Source: Campylobacterota bacterium (GTDB lineage: Bacteria > Campylobacterota > Campylobacteria > Campylobacterales > Sulfurimonadaceae). Taken from it: a stretch of 58,100 nt of DNA. The notes beneath the pieces are model-generated. The model ran no database searches. It was not told the DNA's origin and was given only the letters and a program-made list of their open reading frames with translations. A program made the translations under genes and the position numbers. Shown piece after piece: positions 39,885 to 50,780 of this stretch (positions within the stretch are counted from its first letter, which is position 1; every line of letters starts with the position of its first letter). The DNA lies in assembly GCA_034717975.1 (NCBI GenBank), contig JAYEMF010000012.1, positions 1-58,100 of the forward strand. Reading direction: 5' to 3'.

Positions 39885-41517
39885 ACAGAATCGGCTTGTT
39901 TTATTTATCTCGGCATTTGTTATCCTTGCACTCTTTGCGTATGCGCTTCTCAGAGACAAGGCAGAGCTGATTCCGCTTGAGCGTGCCCAGGTACTCTTGG
40001 AGACCAAACAGGTTAAAAAGGTGATCGCCACCGATAAGTACATCTATCTGGTTACGGCAGAGGGGAGATATAAAATCGCCGGCTCCCAGGTGACACCGGC
40101 AATGTTTTCCAAGTCCGAAGTTGAGATAGAGGGAAGCAGCACTGTCGTACTGTCACTTCTGGCGCTTGTATTGGTATTGGGCGGCGGCTCGATTATCTTT
40201 CGCTGGTGGCAAAAACGTACGGGTGGCGCAGAGACAAAAATATTGGGTGGCGGAGCATCATCGCAAGCTCCAATGGCGATGGAAAAAATCCGTCCGGTAG
40301 AATCGGATGTCACCTTTGCCGATATCGGCGGAATCAGTGATGTGAAAGTCGAACTAGAAGAGATCATTGACTTTCTGCGCAATCCGAAACGTTATCGAAG
40401 TTTCGGTGCACGTATGCCGCGTGGCGTGCTATTGGTCGGTCCTCCGGGTGTCGGTAAGACGATGATCGCCAAAGCTGTTGCAGCTGAGGCAGAAGTACCG
40501 TTTTATTATCAAAGCGGTGCTTCTTTTGTGCAGATCTATGTGGGGATGGGGGCAAAACGCGTTCATGAACTCTTTAGTGCCGCCAAAGCCAATACACCGT
40601 CTATCATCTTTATCGATGAGATTGATGCGGTGGGCAAAAAACGTGATGGTAACAGTAATGATGAGCGGGAAGGAACACTAAACCAGCTTCTGACGGAGAT
40701 GGATGGCTTTGAAGATGCCAGCGGTGTCATCGTTGTTGCTGCAACAAACAAGATCGATGTACTTGACTCTGCACTGCTTAGAGCCGGGCGGTTCGATCGC
40801 CGTATCTTTGTCGATCTTCCGACACCAAAAGAGCGCGAAGCGATCTTGATGAAGTACCTTAAACATGTTCCCAATGATGTTGAGAGTGAAGAGATCGCCA
40901 AAATGACGGTCGGTTTCAATGGGGCATCACTGGCCGCTCTGGTAAATGAGGCCGCACTGCTTTCACTTCGTCAAAATGATTTGCGTGTGACGATGGACCA
41001 TTTTCATCAGGTAAAAGACAAAGTCCTTTTTGGAAAGAAACGTCTTAAAATTCTGACAGATCAACAAAAAGCGTATCATGCACGTTACCAGGCGGGTAAA
41101 GCTCTTGTGGCGCAATGGTTTGATCTGCCATTTGATAAGGTTGTGCTTAGCAGTGAATCGATCAAACCCCCTATCAGCGAACAGATGCTCAAGCACGAGA
41201 TAGAGGGCCATATCAAGGTTCTGCTTGCCGGAATGGCAGCCTGTGAACTCCGTTTCTCAGAACATGCGACCAATGCGGCGGCAGATATTGAACGGGCGAG
41301 AGGACTCGTCCATCAGATGCTTGACAAATATGCGATGGGTAAGTCGCTTACACCGCAGGCAAATGACAAAATAGCGCTCTTGGACACTATTTATGAAGAG
41401 ACGAAAGCGCTGCTTGCGACGAAAGAGAGTGCCATCGGTGCTATCGAGAGCGTTCTATTGGAACGGGAAAGTATTTCTAAAGAGGCGGTCAAGAAGATAG
41501 TAGATGATCTTTTATAG
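39871..41517 (+). CDS. FtsH-like membrane AAA ATPase lacking the HEXXH protease motif
   Basis: GPPGVGKT, IFIDEID, RAGRFDR; YHARYQAGK replaces HEAGH. Confidence 0.88.
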   Translation: MWNSKQNRLVLFISAFVILALFAYALLRDKAELIPLERAQVLLETKQVKKVIATDKYIYLVTAEGRYKIAGSQVTPAMFSKSEVEIEGSSTVVLSLLALVLVLGGGSIIFRWWQKRTGGAETKILGGGASSQAPMAMEKIRPVESDVTFADIGGISDVKVELEEIIDFLRNPKRYRSFGARMPRGVLLVGPPGVGKTMIAKAVAAEAEVPFYYQSGASFVQIYVGMGAKRVHELFSAAKANTPSIIFIDEIDAVGKKRDGNSNDEREGTLNQLLTEMDGFEDASGVIVVAATNKIDVLDSALLRAGRFDRRIFVDLPTPKEREAILMKYLKHVPNDVESEEIAKMTVGFNGASLAALVNEAALLSLRQNDLRVTMDHFHQVKDKVLFGKKRLKILTDQQKAYHARYQAGKALVAQWFDLPFDKVVLSSESIKPPISEQMLKHEIEGHIKVLLAGMAACELRFSEHATNAAADIERARGLVHQMLDKYAMGKSLTPQANDKIALLDTIYEETKALLATKESAIGAIESVLLERESISKEAVKKIVDDLL

Positions 41518-42019
41518 CGGTTTTTCATTTACCAATGAGGCAGATCTTTTTGATGAGTATCTGCTTCGTGATGCCTATACGGTTGCCGGATTCAGTTACG
41601 GAGCGATCAAGGCCGCTGAACATGTTGCTGCTTCCAGCGACCGGATTGATCGGCTGCAACTCTTTTCACCAGCTTTTTTTCAGGACAAACCGGAGAAGTT
41701 CAAACGACTGCAGATGATGGGTTACAAGAGAGACCATACGGCCTATCTGAGGCAGTTCAAGCAGCTATGTTGTGATCCATACATGAGCATAGATACCCTG
41801 GGAGACAGCCAGACAAGTGCCGCTGAACTTGAAGAGCTGCTCTACTATGTTTGGGAACCGAAATTGCTTGAGCAGATCAAGAGAAGAGGGACCCGGATCG
41901 AGGTCTATCTGGGGAGTGAAGATCGTATTGTCAATGCCGAAGCTGCAAGAGAATTTTTTAAGCAATATGCAACTGTCTATTATATAAAAAAAGCAAACCA
42001 TTTTCTACAGGAGAAGTGA
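41504..42019 (+). CDS. bioV: Pimeloyl-ACP methyl ester esterase BioV
   Basis: Small alpha/beta hydrolase: GFSYGA, LQLFSPAFF, HFL; conserved position before mog. Confidence 0.75.
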   Translation: MIFYSGFSFTNEADLFDEYLLRDAYTVAGFSYGAIKAAEHVAASSDRIDRLQLFSPAFFQDKPEKFKRLQMMGYKRDHTAYLRQFKQLCCDPYMSIDTLGDSQTSAAELEELLYYVWEPKLLEQIKRRGTRIEVYLGSEDRIVNAEAAREFFKQYATVYYIKKANHFLQEK

Positions 42020-42022
42020 TAT

Positions 42023-42556
42023 ATGAGTACTATAAAAATTGGAGTTATTACTGCGTCAGATCGTGCCAGTGCGGGGATCTATGAAGATATTTCCGGGATG
42101 GCGATTCAAGATACGATGAAAGATTATCTGGTGTCAGAGTTTGAGATCGTCTACCGCTGTATTCCGGATGACCAGGAGCATATTGAAAGCACAATGAAAG
42201 CGCTGTGCGATGATGAGGGGTGCTGCCTGGTTGTTACAACAGGTGGGACAGGTCCTGCACCACGTGATGTGACACCGGAAGCGACTGAAGTCGTATGTGA
42301 CAAGATGATGCCCGGCTTTGGCGAGTTGATGCGTCAGGTGAGCCTGCAGTACGTTCCAACAGCCATCCTTTCGCGTCAAACGGCCGGAATCCGTGGTAAA
42401 TCACTCATTATCAATCTTCCGGGCAAGCCAAAATCGATCCGTGAATGCCTCGATGCCGTTTTCCCTGCAGTTCCTTACTGTATCGACCTGATCGAAGGAC
42501 CGTATCTTGAGTGTAATGAAGATGTTATAAAAGCATTCCGTCCAAAATCAAAATAG
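42023..42556 (+). CDS. mog: Molybdopterin adenylyltransferase
   Basis: SDRASAG, TTGGTGPAPRDVTPEAT, NLPGKP. Confidence 0.95.
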   Translation: MSTIKIGVITASDRASAGIYEDISGMAIQDTMKDYLVSEFEIVYRCIPDDQEHIESTMKALCDDEGCCLVVTTGGTGPAPRDVTPEATEVVCDKMMPGFGELMRQVSLQYVPTAILSRQTAGIRGKSLIINLPGKPKSIRECLDAVFPAVPYCIDLIEGPYLECNEDVIKAFRPKSK

Positions 42557-42571
42557 AGTGGGGCACAATCA

Positions 42572-43333
42572 ATGAGACACGATAGGGTACACAAAAGTAT
42601 TGCTGCTTATATGCGTCGTCATATCAGCCATAAGCCTGCCCGCCTGGATCTTATTCAGAGTGTCACGGGTCTGATCCTGGCTATCTTTATTGCAGGCCAC
42701 CTGCTTTTTGAAGCCAGTATTCTTATCAGTAAAGATGCAATGTACGCCGTAACACGTATGTTTGAAGGGTACTACTTTTTTGGAGAGACCTATCCCGGGA
42801 TCATCACGTTTCTTGCCGGAGCTATATTTGTCATCTTTATTGTGCATGCATTGACGGCTGTTCGCAAGCTACCGTCGAGTTACCGTCAGTACAGCATCTA
42901 CAAGAAGCATATGTCTGGTATGCAACACAGTGACACTTCATTGTGGTTTTATCAGGCAGTGACCGGTTTCATGATGTTCTTTCTTGGTTCAGTCCACCTC
43001 TATATGATGATGAGTACCCCGGATAAGATCGGGCCATACGCCTCAGCCGACCGTATTTACAGTGAATGGATGTGGCCGCTTTATCTGCTGCTTTTGATCA
43101 GCGTCATTCTTCATGCTGCCATTGGTCTCTACAGACTGGCGCTGAAATGGGGTGTGTTTGAGGGAAAAGATCCAAAAAAAAGCCGAAAATTGATGAAAAA
43201 GATCATGATCATTTCGATCGTTCTCTACATGGGCATCAGTCTGCTCTCATTGGGAACATACATGATGATCGGCCATAAACACGCCGATAAAGTCGGAGAG
43301 CGGTATCACCCTGTGAAGGAGCCAGGCCAATGA
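42572..43333 (+). CDS. frdC: Fumarate reductase diheme cytochrome b subunit
   Basis: [12 protein letters not shown]; 5 TM with 4 His; [10 protein letters not shown]. Confidence 0.92.
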   Translation: MRHDRVHKSIAAYMRRHISHKPARLDLIQSVTGLILAIFIAGHLLFEASILISKDAMYAVTRMFEGYYFFGETYPGIITFLAGAIFVIFIVHALTAVRKLPSSYRQYSIYKKHMSGMQHSDTSLWFYQAVTGFMMFFLGSVHLYMMMSTPDKIGPYASADRIYSEWMWPLYLLLLISVILHAAIGLYRLALKWGVFEGKDPKKSRKLMKKIMIISIVLYMGISLLSLGTYMMIGHKHADKVGERYHPVKEPGQ

Positions 43334-45330
43334 AAATAACCTATACCGATGTTCTGGTCATTGGCGGCGGCCTTGCAGGATTGCGAACGGCTACCGGCGT
43401 GAAAGCACGTGGACATGATGTGATCGTTCTGACACTTGTCCCGCCAAAACGCTCACACTCTGCTGCAGCACAGGGCGGTATGCAGGCGAGTCTTGCCAAT
43501 TCGATGATGGGCCATGGGGACAATGAGGATGTCCACTTTGAAGACACCATTAAAGGAAGTGACTGGGGAGCCGATCAGAAAGTGGTGCGTATGTTTGTCA
43601 ATACGGCCCCCAAAGCGATCCGTGAACTTGCCAGCTGGGGTGTACCATGGAGCCGTGTCAAACGTGGTGATCGGCAGGCGATCATCAATGCAGAAAAGGT
43701 AACGATAACAGAAAGTGATGATGCACATGGACTGATAACTGCGCGTGATTTCGGCGGAACGAAGAAGTGGCGCACCTGTTATACCTCTGATGGAACGGGT
43801 CACAGTATGCTCTTTGCGATGGACAATAAAGCGCATGAACAGAAGATTGAAGTGCGTGAACGTATGGAAGCCGTAGCCCTGGTTCATGAGAATGGCCGAT
43901 GCTATGGTGCAATTGCCAGAAATCTGATGACGGGCGAACTGGTGGCCTATATTGCGAAGGCAACGACGATCGCGACCGGTGGTTACGGCCGTATTTACAG
44001 TGTCTCGACCAATGCGGTGATCTGTCAGGGAATAGGGCAGGCACTTGCCCTTGAAACAGGTGTGGCTACACTTGGAAATATGGAAGCGATCCAATTTCAC
44101 CCAACGGCAATCGTACCGGTCGGTATTTTGACAACAGAAGGGTGCCGCGGTGACGGTGGTCTGTTACGTGACGTTGACGGTTATCGTTTTATGCCGGATT
44201 ACGAGCCGGATAAAAAAGAGCTGGCATCACGCGATGTCGTCTCCAGGCGGATGACAGAACATATACGAAAGGGCAAAGGGGTACCATCACGCTATGGCGA
44301 TCACCTTTGGCTTGATATTACCATTCTAGGCCGTGAACATATTGAGAAAAACCTTCGTGAAGTCAAAGAGATCTGCGAAAGCTTTTTAGGTATCGATCCG
44401 GCAGAAGAGTGGATCCCTGTACGTCCGACACAGCACTACTCGATGGGCGGAATCCGTACTAACCATATGGGTGAGTCACAGACGATGAGAGGACTCTATA
44501 GCTGCGGTGAAGCAGCGTGTTGGGATATGCATGGTTTTAACCGTCTGGGTGGAAACTCGGTGAGTGAGACAGTAGTGTCAGGAATGCTGGTGGCAGAATA
44601 TATCTCTGATTATTGTGACTCTGAAGAGAGCGGTATCGATGTCAATACCAACGTTATCGAGCAGTTTATGGATAGAGAAAATAGAAAAATCGACCGTCTG
44701 CTCAATAACGACAAGGGTGAAGATGCTTATGAGCTGCGCGAGGCGATGGAGATGGTCATGATGGAAAAAGTTGGAATTTTCCGTAATGAAAAAGATCTGA
44801 AAGAGGCGGTTGATGAACTGGAGAAACTGCTGTTCCGAAGTCACAATATAGGAGTCAGCCGTTCCAAGTCCAGAGCTGCCAATCCGGCACTGGTGAATGC
44901 TTACCGTACACAACGTATGATCAAAGTGGCTTTGACAGTCGCTTATGGGGCACTGCTTCGAACGGAAAGCCGTGGGGCACACTCCCGTGAAGATTATCCG
45001 GAGCGTAATGATGCCGAGTGGTTAAAGCGAACGATAATGTCCTGGCCGGATGCAGACGAGACAATGCCGACAGTTAGCTATGAGGCGATCAGTGTTGATG
45101 AGATGGAGCTGCCTCCGGGTTTTCGGGGCTATGGTAAAGATATGACCATTCATCACCCCCAAAGCAGCATACGAAAGGCGCATGTCGATCAGGTAAAGGC
45201 TGAGATCGAAGAGGAGGGGCTGGACCGCTTCGAAGTTCAAAAAGCCCTGATGCCGTATGAAGAGCTACTTCCACAGCGCTATCGCGGAAAGAATGAACGA
45301 CTTAATGAAAGGTTTGAAGATGCCTGGTGA
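43330..45330 (+). CDS. frdA: Fumarate reductase flavoprotein
   Basis: [32 protein letters not shown]. Confidence 0.95.
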   Translation: MKITYTDVLVIGGGLAGLRTATGVKARGHDVIVLTLVPPKRSHSAAAQGGMQASLANSMMGHGDNEDVHFEDTIKGSDWGADQKVVRMFVNTAPKAIRELASWGVPWSRVKRGDRQAIINAEKVTITESDDAHGLITARDFGGTKKWRTCYTSDGTGHSMLFAMDNKAHEQKIEVRERMEAVALVHENGRCYGAIARNLMTGELVAYIAKATTIATGGYGRIYSVSTNAVICQGIGQALALETGVATLGNMEAIQFHPTAIVPVGILTTEGCRGDGGLLRDVDGYRFMPDYEPDKKELASRDVVSRRMTEHIRKGKGVPSRYGDHLWLDITILGREHIEKNLREVKEICESFLGIDPAEEWIPVRPTQHYSMGGIRTNHMGESQTMRGLYSCGEAACWDMHGFNRLGGNSVSETVVSGMLVAEYISDYCDSEESGIDVNTNVIEQFMDRENRKIDRLLNNDKGEDAYELREAMEMVMMEKVGIFRNEKDLKEAVDELEKLLFRSHNIGVSRSKSRAANPALVNAYRTQRMIKVALTVAYGALLRTESRGAHSREDYPERNDAEWLKRTIMSWPDADETMPTVSYEAISVDEMELPPGFRGYGKDMTIHHPQSSIRKAHVDQVKAEIEEEGLDRFEVQKALMPYEELLPQRYRGKNERLNERFEDAW

Positions 45331-46057
45331 AGAAGCACGCTTACTGAAAATAACCGTTTTACGGTTTGACCCGCATGTTAAAGACGACAAGCCTCGAATG
45401 GAGACCTTTGAAGTCAAAGAAGCACCGGGAATGACGCTCTATATAGCACTGAATGATATCCGTAAACATCATGACGCCTCACTGAAATTCGATTTTGTCT
45501 GCCGCGCAGGTATCTGCGGCAGCTGTTCGATGATGATCAATGGTAAACCAGGCCTGGCATGTCGTACACTCACCTCCAAGATGGCCCCTGAGATCACACT
45601 GGCACCGCTTCCGCTGTTTGAGCTTATTGGTGACCTGTCGGTCTATACAGGCAACTGGATGCGAGGGCTTAATGAGCGTCTTGAGACATGGATCCATCAA
45701 GAAGAGGAGCGTGATGTCGCCCGTCTCGAGGAGCGGATGGAACCGGAGCTGGCTGAGGAGATCTATGAACTTGACCGCTGTATTGAGTGCGGTTGCTGTG
45801 TGGCAGGCTGCGGAACGATTCAGATGCGTGAAGAGTTTGTCGGAGCTGTCGGACTCAACAAAATTGCCCGCTATCAGCTTGACCCGCGTGACAAACGCAG
45901 CGCTGAGGATTACTATGAGCTGATCGGTGATGAAGATGGCGTATTTGGCTGTATGACACTGCTTGGCTGTGAGGATGTCTGCCCGAAAGATCTGCCACTA
46001 CAGTCCAAGATCGCCTATCTCAGACGCAAGATGGTGCAGATAGGCCTGAAGGATTAA
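45320..46057 (+). CDS. frdB: Fumarate reductase Fe-S subunit
   Basis: [28 protein letters not shown]; start MPGEE at 45320. Confidence 0.93.
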   Translation: MPGEEARLLKITVLRFDPHVKDDKPRMETFEVKEAPGMTLYIALNDIRKHHDASLKFDFVCRAGICGSCSMMINGKPGLACRTLTSKMAPEITLAPLPLFELIGDLSVYTGNWMRGLNERLETWIHQEEERDVARLEERMEPELAEEIYELDRCIECGCCVAGCGTIQMREEFVGAVGLNKIARYQLDPRDKRSAEDYYELIGDEDGVFGCMTLLGCEDVCPKDLPLQSKIAYLRRKMVQIGLKD

Positions 46058-46830
46058 AGGGCGATACGGATACCGACCGGACAGTGGTCGGACCCCATGA
46101 TATCCTGAAGGATGAAGGCATCCTCCAGGCATTCAGCAAGATCATCGGAGATAAAAAAGTAATCAATACGCCAGCCGACATTCTTAGTCCGTGCACTGAA
46201 ACGGTAGGACCACCAGCTGTACTCCTCTTCGATGTCACCGTGAACATAGCGGAAAGTGTCTATATAGCCATGGTCGATCAGCTTATCGATCCAGGCACGT
46301 TCTTCCGGCAAAAATCCGGACGTTTTAGCATTTGATTTTGGGTTTTTGAGATCAATCTCTTTGTGGGCAGTGTTGACATCACCGCAGATGATGATAGATT
46401 TACCTTCATCCCGCAAGGCATTGCAATGATTGAGAAAATCATCATAAAACTTCATTTTGTACTGCAGGCGATCCTCATCTTTCTGGCCATTTGGAAAGTA
46501 GACATTAAAGAGGACAAAATCATCGAAGTGCTGTTCAACAATACGCCCTTCACTCATCACATCGATATCTTCCCGGATGGAAGTTTCCTCTGGCATTAAC
46601 GTACTCATCGTCATGGTACCGGAGTACCCCTTTTTTTCAGCACTGTTGACCTTTACGGCAGGGTAGCTGTAGTCAAAAAGATTATTCGGGATCTGCTCTT
46701 CACTGGCTTTTATCTCCTGAAAGCAGATAATGTCAGGCTGACGCTCATCGACCCATTTAAGTGCTTCTTTATTAGCAACAGCACGAATGCCATTGAGATT
46801 CCATGAGATGATTTCAATTGAGTCAGACAT
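46054..46830 (-). CDS. xth: Exodeoxyribonuclease III
   Basis: SWNLNGIRA, GDVNTAH, GWRIDY, SDHCP. Confidence 0.95.
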   Translation of the reverse strand: MSDSIEIISWNLNGIRAVANKEALKWVDERQPDIICFQEIKASEEQIPNNLFDYSYPAVKVNSAEKKGYSGTMTMSTLMPEETSIREDIDVMSEGRIVEQHFDDFVLFNVYFPNGQKDEDRLQYKMKFYDDFLNHCNALRDEGKSIIICGDVNTAHKEIDLKNPKSNAKTSGFLPEERAWIDKLIDHGYIDTFRYVHGDIEEEYSWWSYRFSARTKNVGWRIDYFFISDDLAECLEDAFILQDIMGSDHCPVGIRIAL

Positions 46831-46926
46831 AGTGAGTTTTCCAGAGATGAGAATTTTATTTTAAGTGAGGGTATTTAATAACATTGGCAAAGAGACTTAC
46901 AACAATCAATCAAGTGTTCGACTATT

Positions 46927-47015
46927 GCAGCCCTAAAGCGCAAAAAGCGCGAGGGCCTGCTGCCGAAGAAATCTCAGCGATAGCGCAGGCAAACGGACTT
47001 CGTTCGTTTGGCGTT
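46927..47015. repeat. REP-like structured repeat, copy C
   Basis: Hairpin GCAGCCCT..GCGC-AAAAA-GCGC..AGGGCCTGC, then TAGCGCAG-GCAAACG-GACTTCGTT-CGTTTGG-CGTT, abutting the sdhE stop. Confidence 0.6.
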
Positions 47016-47894
47016 TTAAACGAAATCAACGTCTGCTACGTGGTGGTGGAGACCCAGTTCGGCTGGTGTGCAGCCTAGGGCAAGACCTACCATCTGCTGC
47101 ATGTGCAGCACTGGCAGTTTAACATCACGACCGACAGCATGAGACGCATGCTCATACTGGGTGTCGAGTTTGAGGTGACACAGCGGACAAGGCGTTACCA
47201 TTAGGTCGGCATCCTGATCCATGGCACCCATAAGCGCATTACCAGTCAGGATAGAAGCGGTTTTTGGTGCCTGCAGCTCAACGTGGAAGCCACAGCACTT
47301 GTTTTTCTCTTCGTAGTCAACTGTCCCGCCACCGCAAGCGATGATAAGATCATCAAGTGAAGTAGGGTTGTAAGGGTTCTCGCCGCCATTTGACTCATTT
47401 TGAAGTTCAGAAGGGCGAATATTGTGACATCCGTAGAATGGCGCAATGTTGAGTTCATTCAATGGTCTGACAACCATCTCTTTTACTTTGTCAAGACCGA
47501 TATCATCGATAATGGCATAAAGGAAGTGAACGATTTCGCTCTCGCCTTTGTACTCAAGACCTACTTCGCCAAGCTTTTCATTCACACGCGCTTTGAGGTC
47601 AGCATCGTTGTCAAGACGATGTTTGGTCATTGCCGTATTAAGTTGACAGGTATTACAGATAGTCACCATAGTCAGCCCATGTTTTTCAGCATAAGCGATA
47701 TTACGGGCATTCAGGACCAGAGAGAGGAAATCATCATAATCCTGAAGGTGTGAAGCGCCACAGCATGAAGCTTCTGTCAGTTCAACCAGTTCAATCCCAA
47801 GTTTGTCGGCAACGGCGTAGGTTGACATCAATTGCTCTGGAGTACTCTCTTTGGCAGTACATCCAGTAAATAGTGCATACTTTAGTTTTTCCAT
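47016..47894 (-). CDS. sdhE: CCG-domain (HdrB-like) anchor subunit of a type-E succinate:quinone oxidoreductase
   Basis: Two CCG motifs (SCCGAS, KCCGFH), CNTC, PCPLC. Confidence 0.88.
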   Translation of the reverse strand: MEKLKYALFTGCTAKESTPEQLMSTYAVADKLGIELVELTEASCCGASHLQDYDDFLSLVLNARNIAYAEKHGLTMVTICNTCQLNTAMTKHRLDNDADLKARVNEKLGEVGLEYKGESEIVHFLYAIIDDIGLDKVKEMVVRPLNELNIAPFYGCHNIRPSELQNESNGGENPYNPTSLDDLIIACGGGTVDYEEKNKCCGFHVELQAPKTASILTGNALMGAMDQDADLMVTPCPLCHLKLDTQYEHASHAVGRDVKLPVLHMQQMVGLALGCTPAELGLHHHVADVDFV

Positions 47895-47904
47895 TTATGT
47901 ACTC

Positions 47905-48888
47905 CTAGAACTTTACAGTTGAAGATGATTTGACAAGTGCTTTGATCTCGTCAAGCTTATCAGATTTCGGCATGTTCCAAGGCATGACAATCTTGCCTTT
48001 TTTCCACATCTTGATCGCGACCGGAATATGTTTCATTACGCCGATATTACCTTCGGAGTAGCGAACCAGTTCACCTTCGTCAAGCAGACCGTGTTTTGCG
48101 ATAGAGTGTTTGAAGCCGACTGCGTGGCGTGTTGCAACGTTGTTAAGCGCATCATTACGTTCGAAGACCTGGTTGTGAAGTTTCGTGATCTTTTCGATCG
48201 GGTTGACCTCTTTTGGACACACTTCGGCACATTCAAAACATTTGACACAGTCCCAGACACCCTGACCAGGCGCGTTGATGATACCGATACGCTCATCGAT
48301 ACCTTCATCACGTACATCGGCATTAAAACGGTAAGCTTTTGCAAACGCTGCAGGCCCAAGGTAGTCTTCATTGATCTCAACAACCGGACAGGCGTAGTGG
48401 CAGAGACCGCACTGGATACATAAGTCTGATTCAAGCAGGGCGTCCGCTTCGGCAGGGGTTACGGCACACTCCATCTCCGGGTGCTCATCAATGTGACTGA
48501 TGAGATATGGCTCAACATCTTCATGTTTGACCCAGAAATCCTCTTTGTCGATGATCATATCTTTTATAGCACGCTTGGTGCTGAGTGGATCAAGTGTCAA
48601 TTCGGTTCCGAAAATGTCAATCAGGTCATTCATACGCTCTTTACAGGCAAGAACACCTTTACCATTTACTTTGATCGCACAGGCACCACAGATACCGTGA
48701 CGGCAGCTGCGACGGTAACTGAAGCTTCCATCGACTTCCCACTTGATACGGTTGAGGATATCCAGGACGACTTCTTCAGAAGTGACATCCATAACAACCT
48801 CTTGGTGGTACGGAAGGTAGTCAGTATCAGAGTTGAAGCGAAATACTTTAAACGTGATTTTTTGTGTTGTAATAGTATGGGTACTCAC
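47905..48888 (-). CDS. sdhB: SQR/QFR Fe-S subunit (type E)
   Basis: CRHGICGAC, CIQCGLCHYACP, CVKCFECAEVCP; C-terminal extension. Confidence 0.9.
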   Translation of the reverse strand: MSTHTITTQKITFKVFRFNSDTDYLPYHQEVVMDVTSEEVVLDILNRIKWEVDGSFSYRRSCRHGICGACAIKVNGKGVLACKERMNDLIDIFGTELTLDPLSTKRAIKDMIIDKEDFWVKHEDVEPYLISHIDEHPEMECAVTPAEADALLESDLCIQCGLCHYACPVVEINEDYLGPAAFAKAYRFNADVRDEGIDERIGIINAPGQGVWDCVKCFECAEVCPKEVNPIEKITKLHNQVFERNDALNNVATRHAVGFKHSIAKHGLLDEGELVRYSEGNIGVMKHIPVAIKMWKKGKIVMPWNMPKSDKLDEIKALVKSSSTVKF

Positions 48889-48897
48889 ATCGGCTCC

Positions 48898-50613
48898 TTA
48901 ATATGTTCTTTCTTTGAGTTCATGCTTGCCGAGAGTGACATTCATGTAGTCAAGAGAGAGATTGCCTTCACTGTCCATGTAGGCCATGGTGTGTTTCAGG
49001 AAGTTTTCATCGTCACGGGTAGGATAATCTTCACGGAAGTGAGCGCCACGGCTCTCTTTACGTGCCAAAGCACTCTCTACGATAAAGAGTGAATAGTCAA
49101 GCATGTGACCAAGCTCGATCGCCTCTTGAAGATCGGTATTGAAGATGTGGGATTTATCGTCGATACGGATTTTACTGAAACGTTTGCGAAGATCTTTCAT
49201 GATATCTACTTGTTTTGCAAGGGTCTTTTCCGTTCTGAATACACCGGCATTGTCAGTCATAGACTGCTGCAGTTCATCACGAAGAGCGGGAACTGACTCT
49301 TTGCCGTTTGATTTCAGGATAGTTTCAATCTCATTTATCATTGTATCGGCATCGGACTCTTCCGGCATACGCAGCTCAAGACCGTCATCAAGGTCTTTAA
49401 GTATTGTTTGGCCTACATGACGACCGAAGAAAAGGGCTTCCAGGACCGAGTTCGCACCCAGGCGGTTGGCACCATGTACACTTGAACAGGCAGTTTCACC
49501 GGCAGCATAGAAGCCTTCAACGAACTCATCGTTGTTTTTACGGACCTGACCATCTTTATTGGTTGGGATACCGCCCATAGAGTAGTGTGCAGTAGCACTG
49601 ATAAGGATCGGCTCTTTGATCATATCGAGACCGAGGAATGTGAGCGCAAGGTCACGAAGCTCAGGAAGGCGTTCCATAATAAGGTCTTTACCAAGGTGTA
49701 CGAGGTCAATATAGACAGCATCTTTACGAGGGCCGACACCGCGACCTTCACGGATCTCCTGGATAATAGCACGGCTGACAACATCACGGGAAGCGAGTTC
49801 AAGTTTTTCAGGTGCATACCTGGTCATGAAACGTTCGCCTTCAGAGTTAAGCAGTTTACCGCCTTCACCACGTGCAGCTTCAGAGATCAGGACACCGTTG
49901 CCAGAAAGTCCTGACGGGTGAAACTGTACAAACTCCATATCTTCTAGCGGTAGACCGTGGCGTGCTACGATAGAGAGGCCATCACCGGTATTGGCATGGG
50001 CATTGGAATTGATCTTGTAAGAGCGTGCGTAACCGCCGGTAGCAAACATTATAGCTTTAGCGGCAAAGATCGCTTTTTCCATATTGCGGATATTGAAAGC
50101 AACAACACCGCTTACTTTACCATCTTTATAGATGATGTCGGCAGCATACCACTCGTCCCAGAATTTGACACCGTCACGAAGTGCCTGCTCATAAACTGTT
50201 TGAAGCAGTGTCAGACCGGTACGATCTTTTGCAAAACAGGCACGTGGCGATGACTGGCCGCCAAAAGGGCGTTGTGCGATTGTACCATTCTCATTACGAC
50301 TAAAAGCTGCACCCATTCGTTCTGCCCAGCGGATCGTTTTAGGTGCTTCTTTACACATTAGCTCGACGGCATCCTGGTCTGCCAGGTAGTCAGAACCTTT
50401 GACCGTATCGAACTCATGCAGTTCGATGCTGTCCTCGTCACTAAGTGCTGCATTGATACCGCCTTGCGCAGCCCCAGAGTGGCTGCGAAGCGGGTGTAGT
50501 TTTGTGATAACGGCCACTTTTTTACCGGCTTTTTCAAGCTCGCGAGCGGCAGTAGAACCAGCAAGTCCTGCTCCGACGATAACCGTGTCATATTGATAGA
50601 TAGGAATACCCAT
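48898..50613 (-). CDS. sdhA: SQR/QFR flavoprotein
   Basis: [31 protein letters not shown]; no Tat leader. Confidence 0.92.
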   Translation of the reverse strand: MGIPIYQYDTVIVGAGLAGSTAARELEKAGKKVAVITKLHPLRSHSGAAQGGINAALSDEDSIELHEFDTVKGSDYLADQDAVELMCKEAPKTIRWAERMGAAFSRNENGTIAQRPFGGQSSPRACFAKDRTGLTLLQTVYEQALRDGVKFWDEWYAADIIYKDGKVSGVVAFNIRNMEKAIFAAKAIMFATGGYARSYKINSNAHANTGDGLSIVARHGLPLEDMEFVQFHPSGLSGNGVLISEAARGEGGKLLNSEGERFMTRYAPEKLELASRDVVSRAIIQEIREGRGVGPRKDAVYIDLVHLGKDLIMERLPELRDLALTFLGLDMIKEPILISATAHYSMGGIPTNKDGQVRKNNDEFVEGFYAAGETACSSVHGANRLGANSVLEALFFGRHVGQTILKDLDDGLELRMPEESDADTMINEIETILKSNGKESVPALRDELQQSMTDNAGVFRTEKTLAKQVDIMKDLRKRFSKIRIDDKSHIFNTDLQEAIELGHMLDYSLFIVESALARKESRGAHFREDYPTRDDENFLKHTMAYMDSEGNLSLDYMNVTLGKHELKERTY

Positions 50614-50780
50614 ATACCTTCCCTTTACTATGAAGATTAAAATATTTGATGATTATAGCGCGTCAAGCCTTGGGGTTGGTTAAATAGTCGGATAGAAAAA
50701 AGGATGATTTGATTTGTTACAAAACGTACCACAAGTGTTTGTGGCAGAGCGGGGATACAAGGGGCTGTTAACGTGATGGG

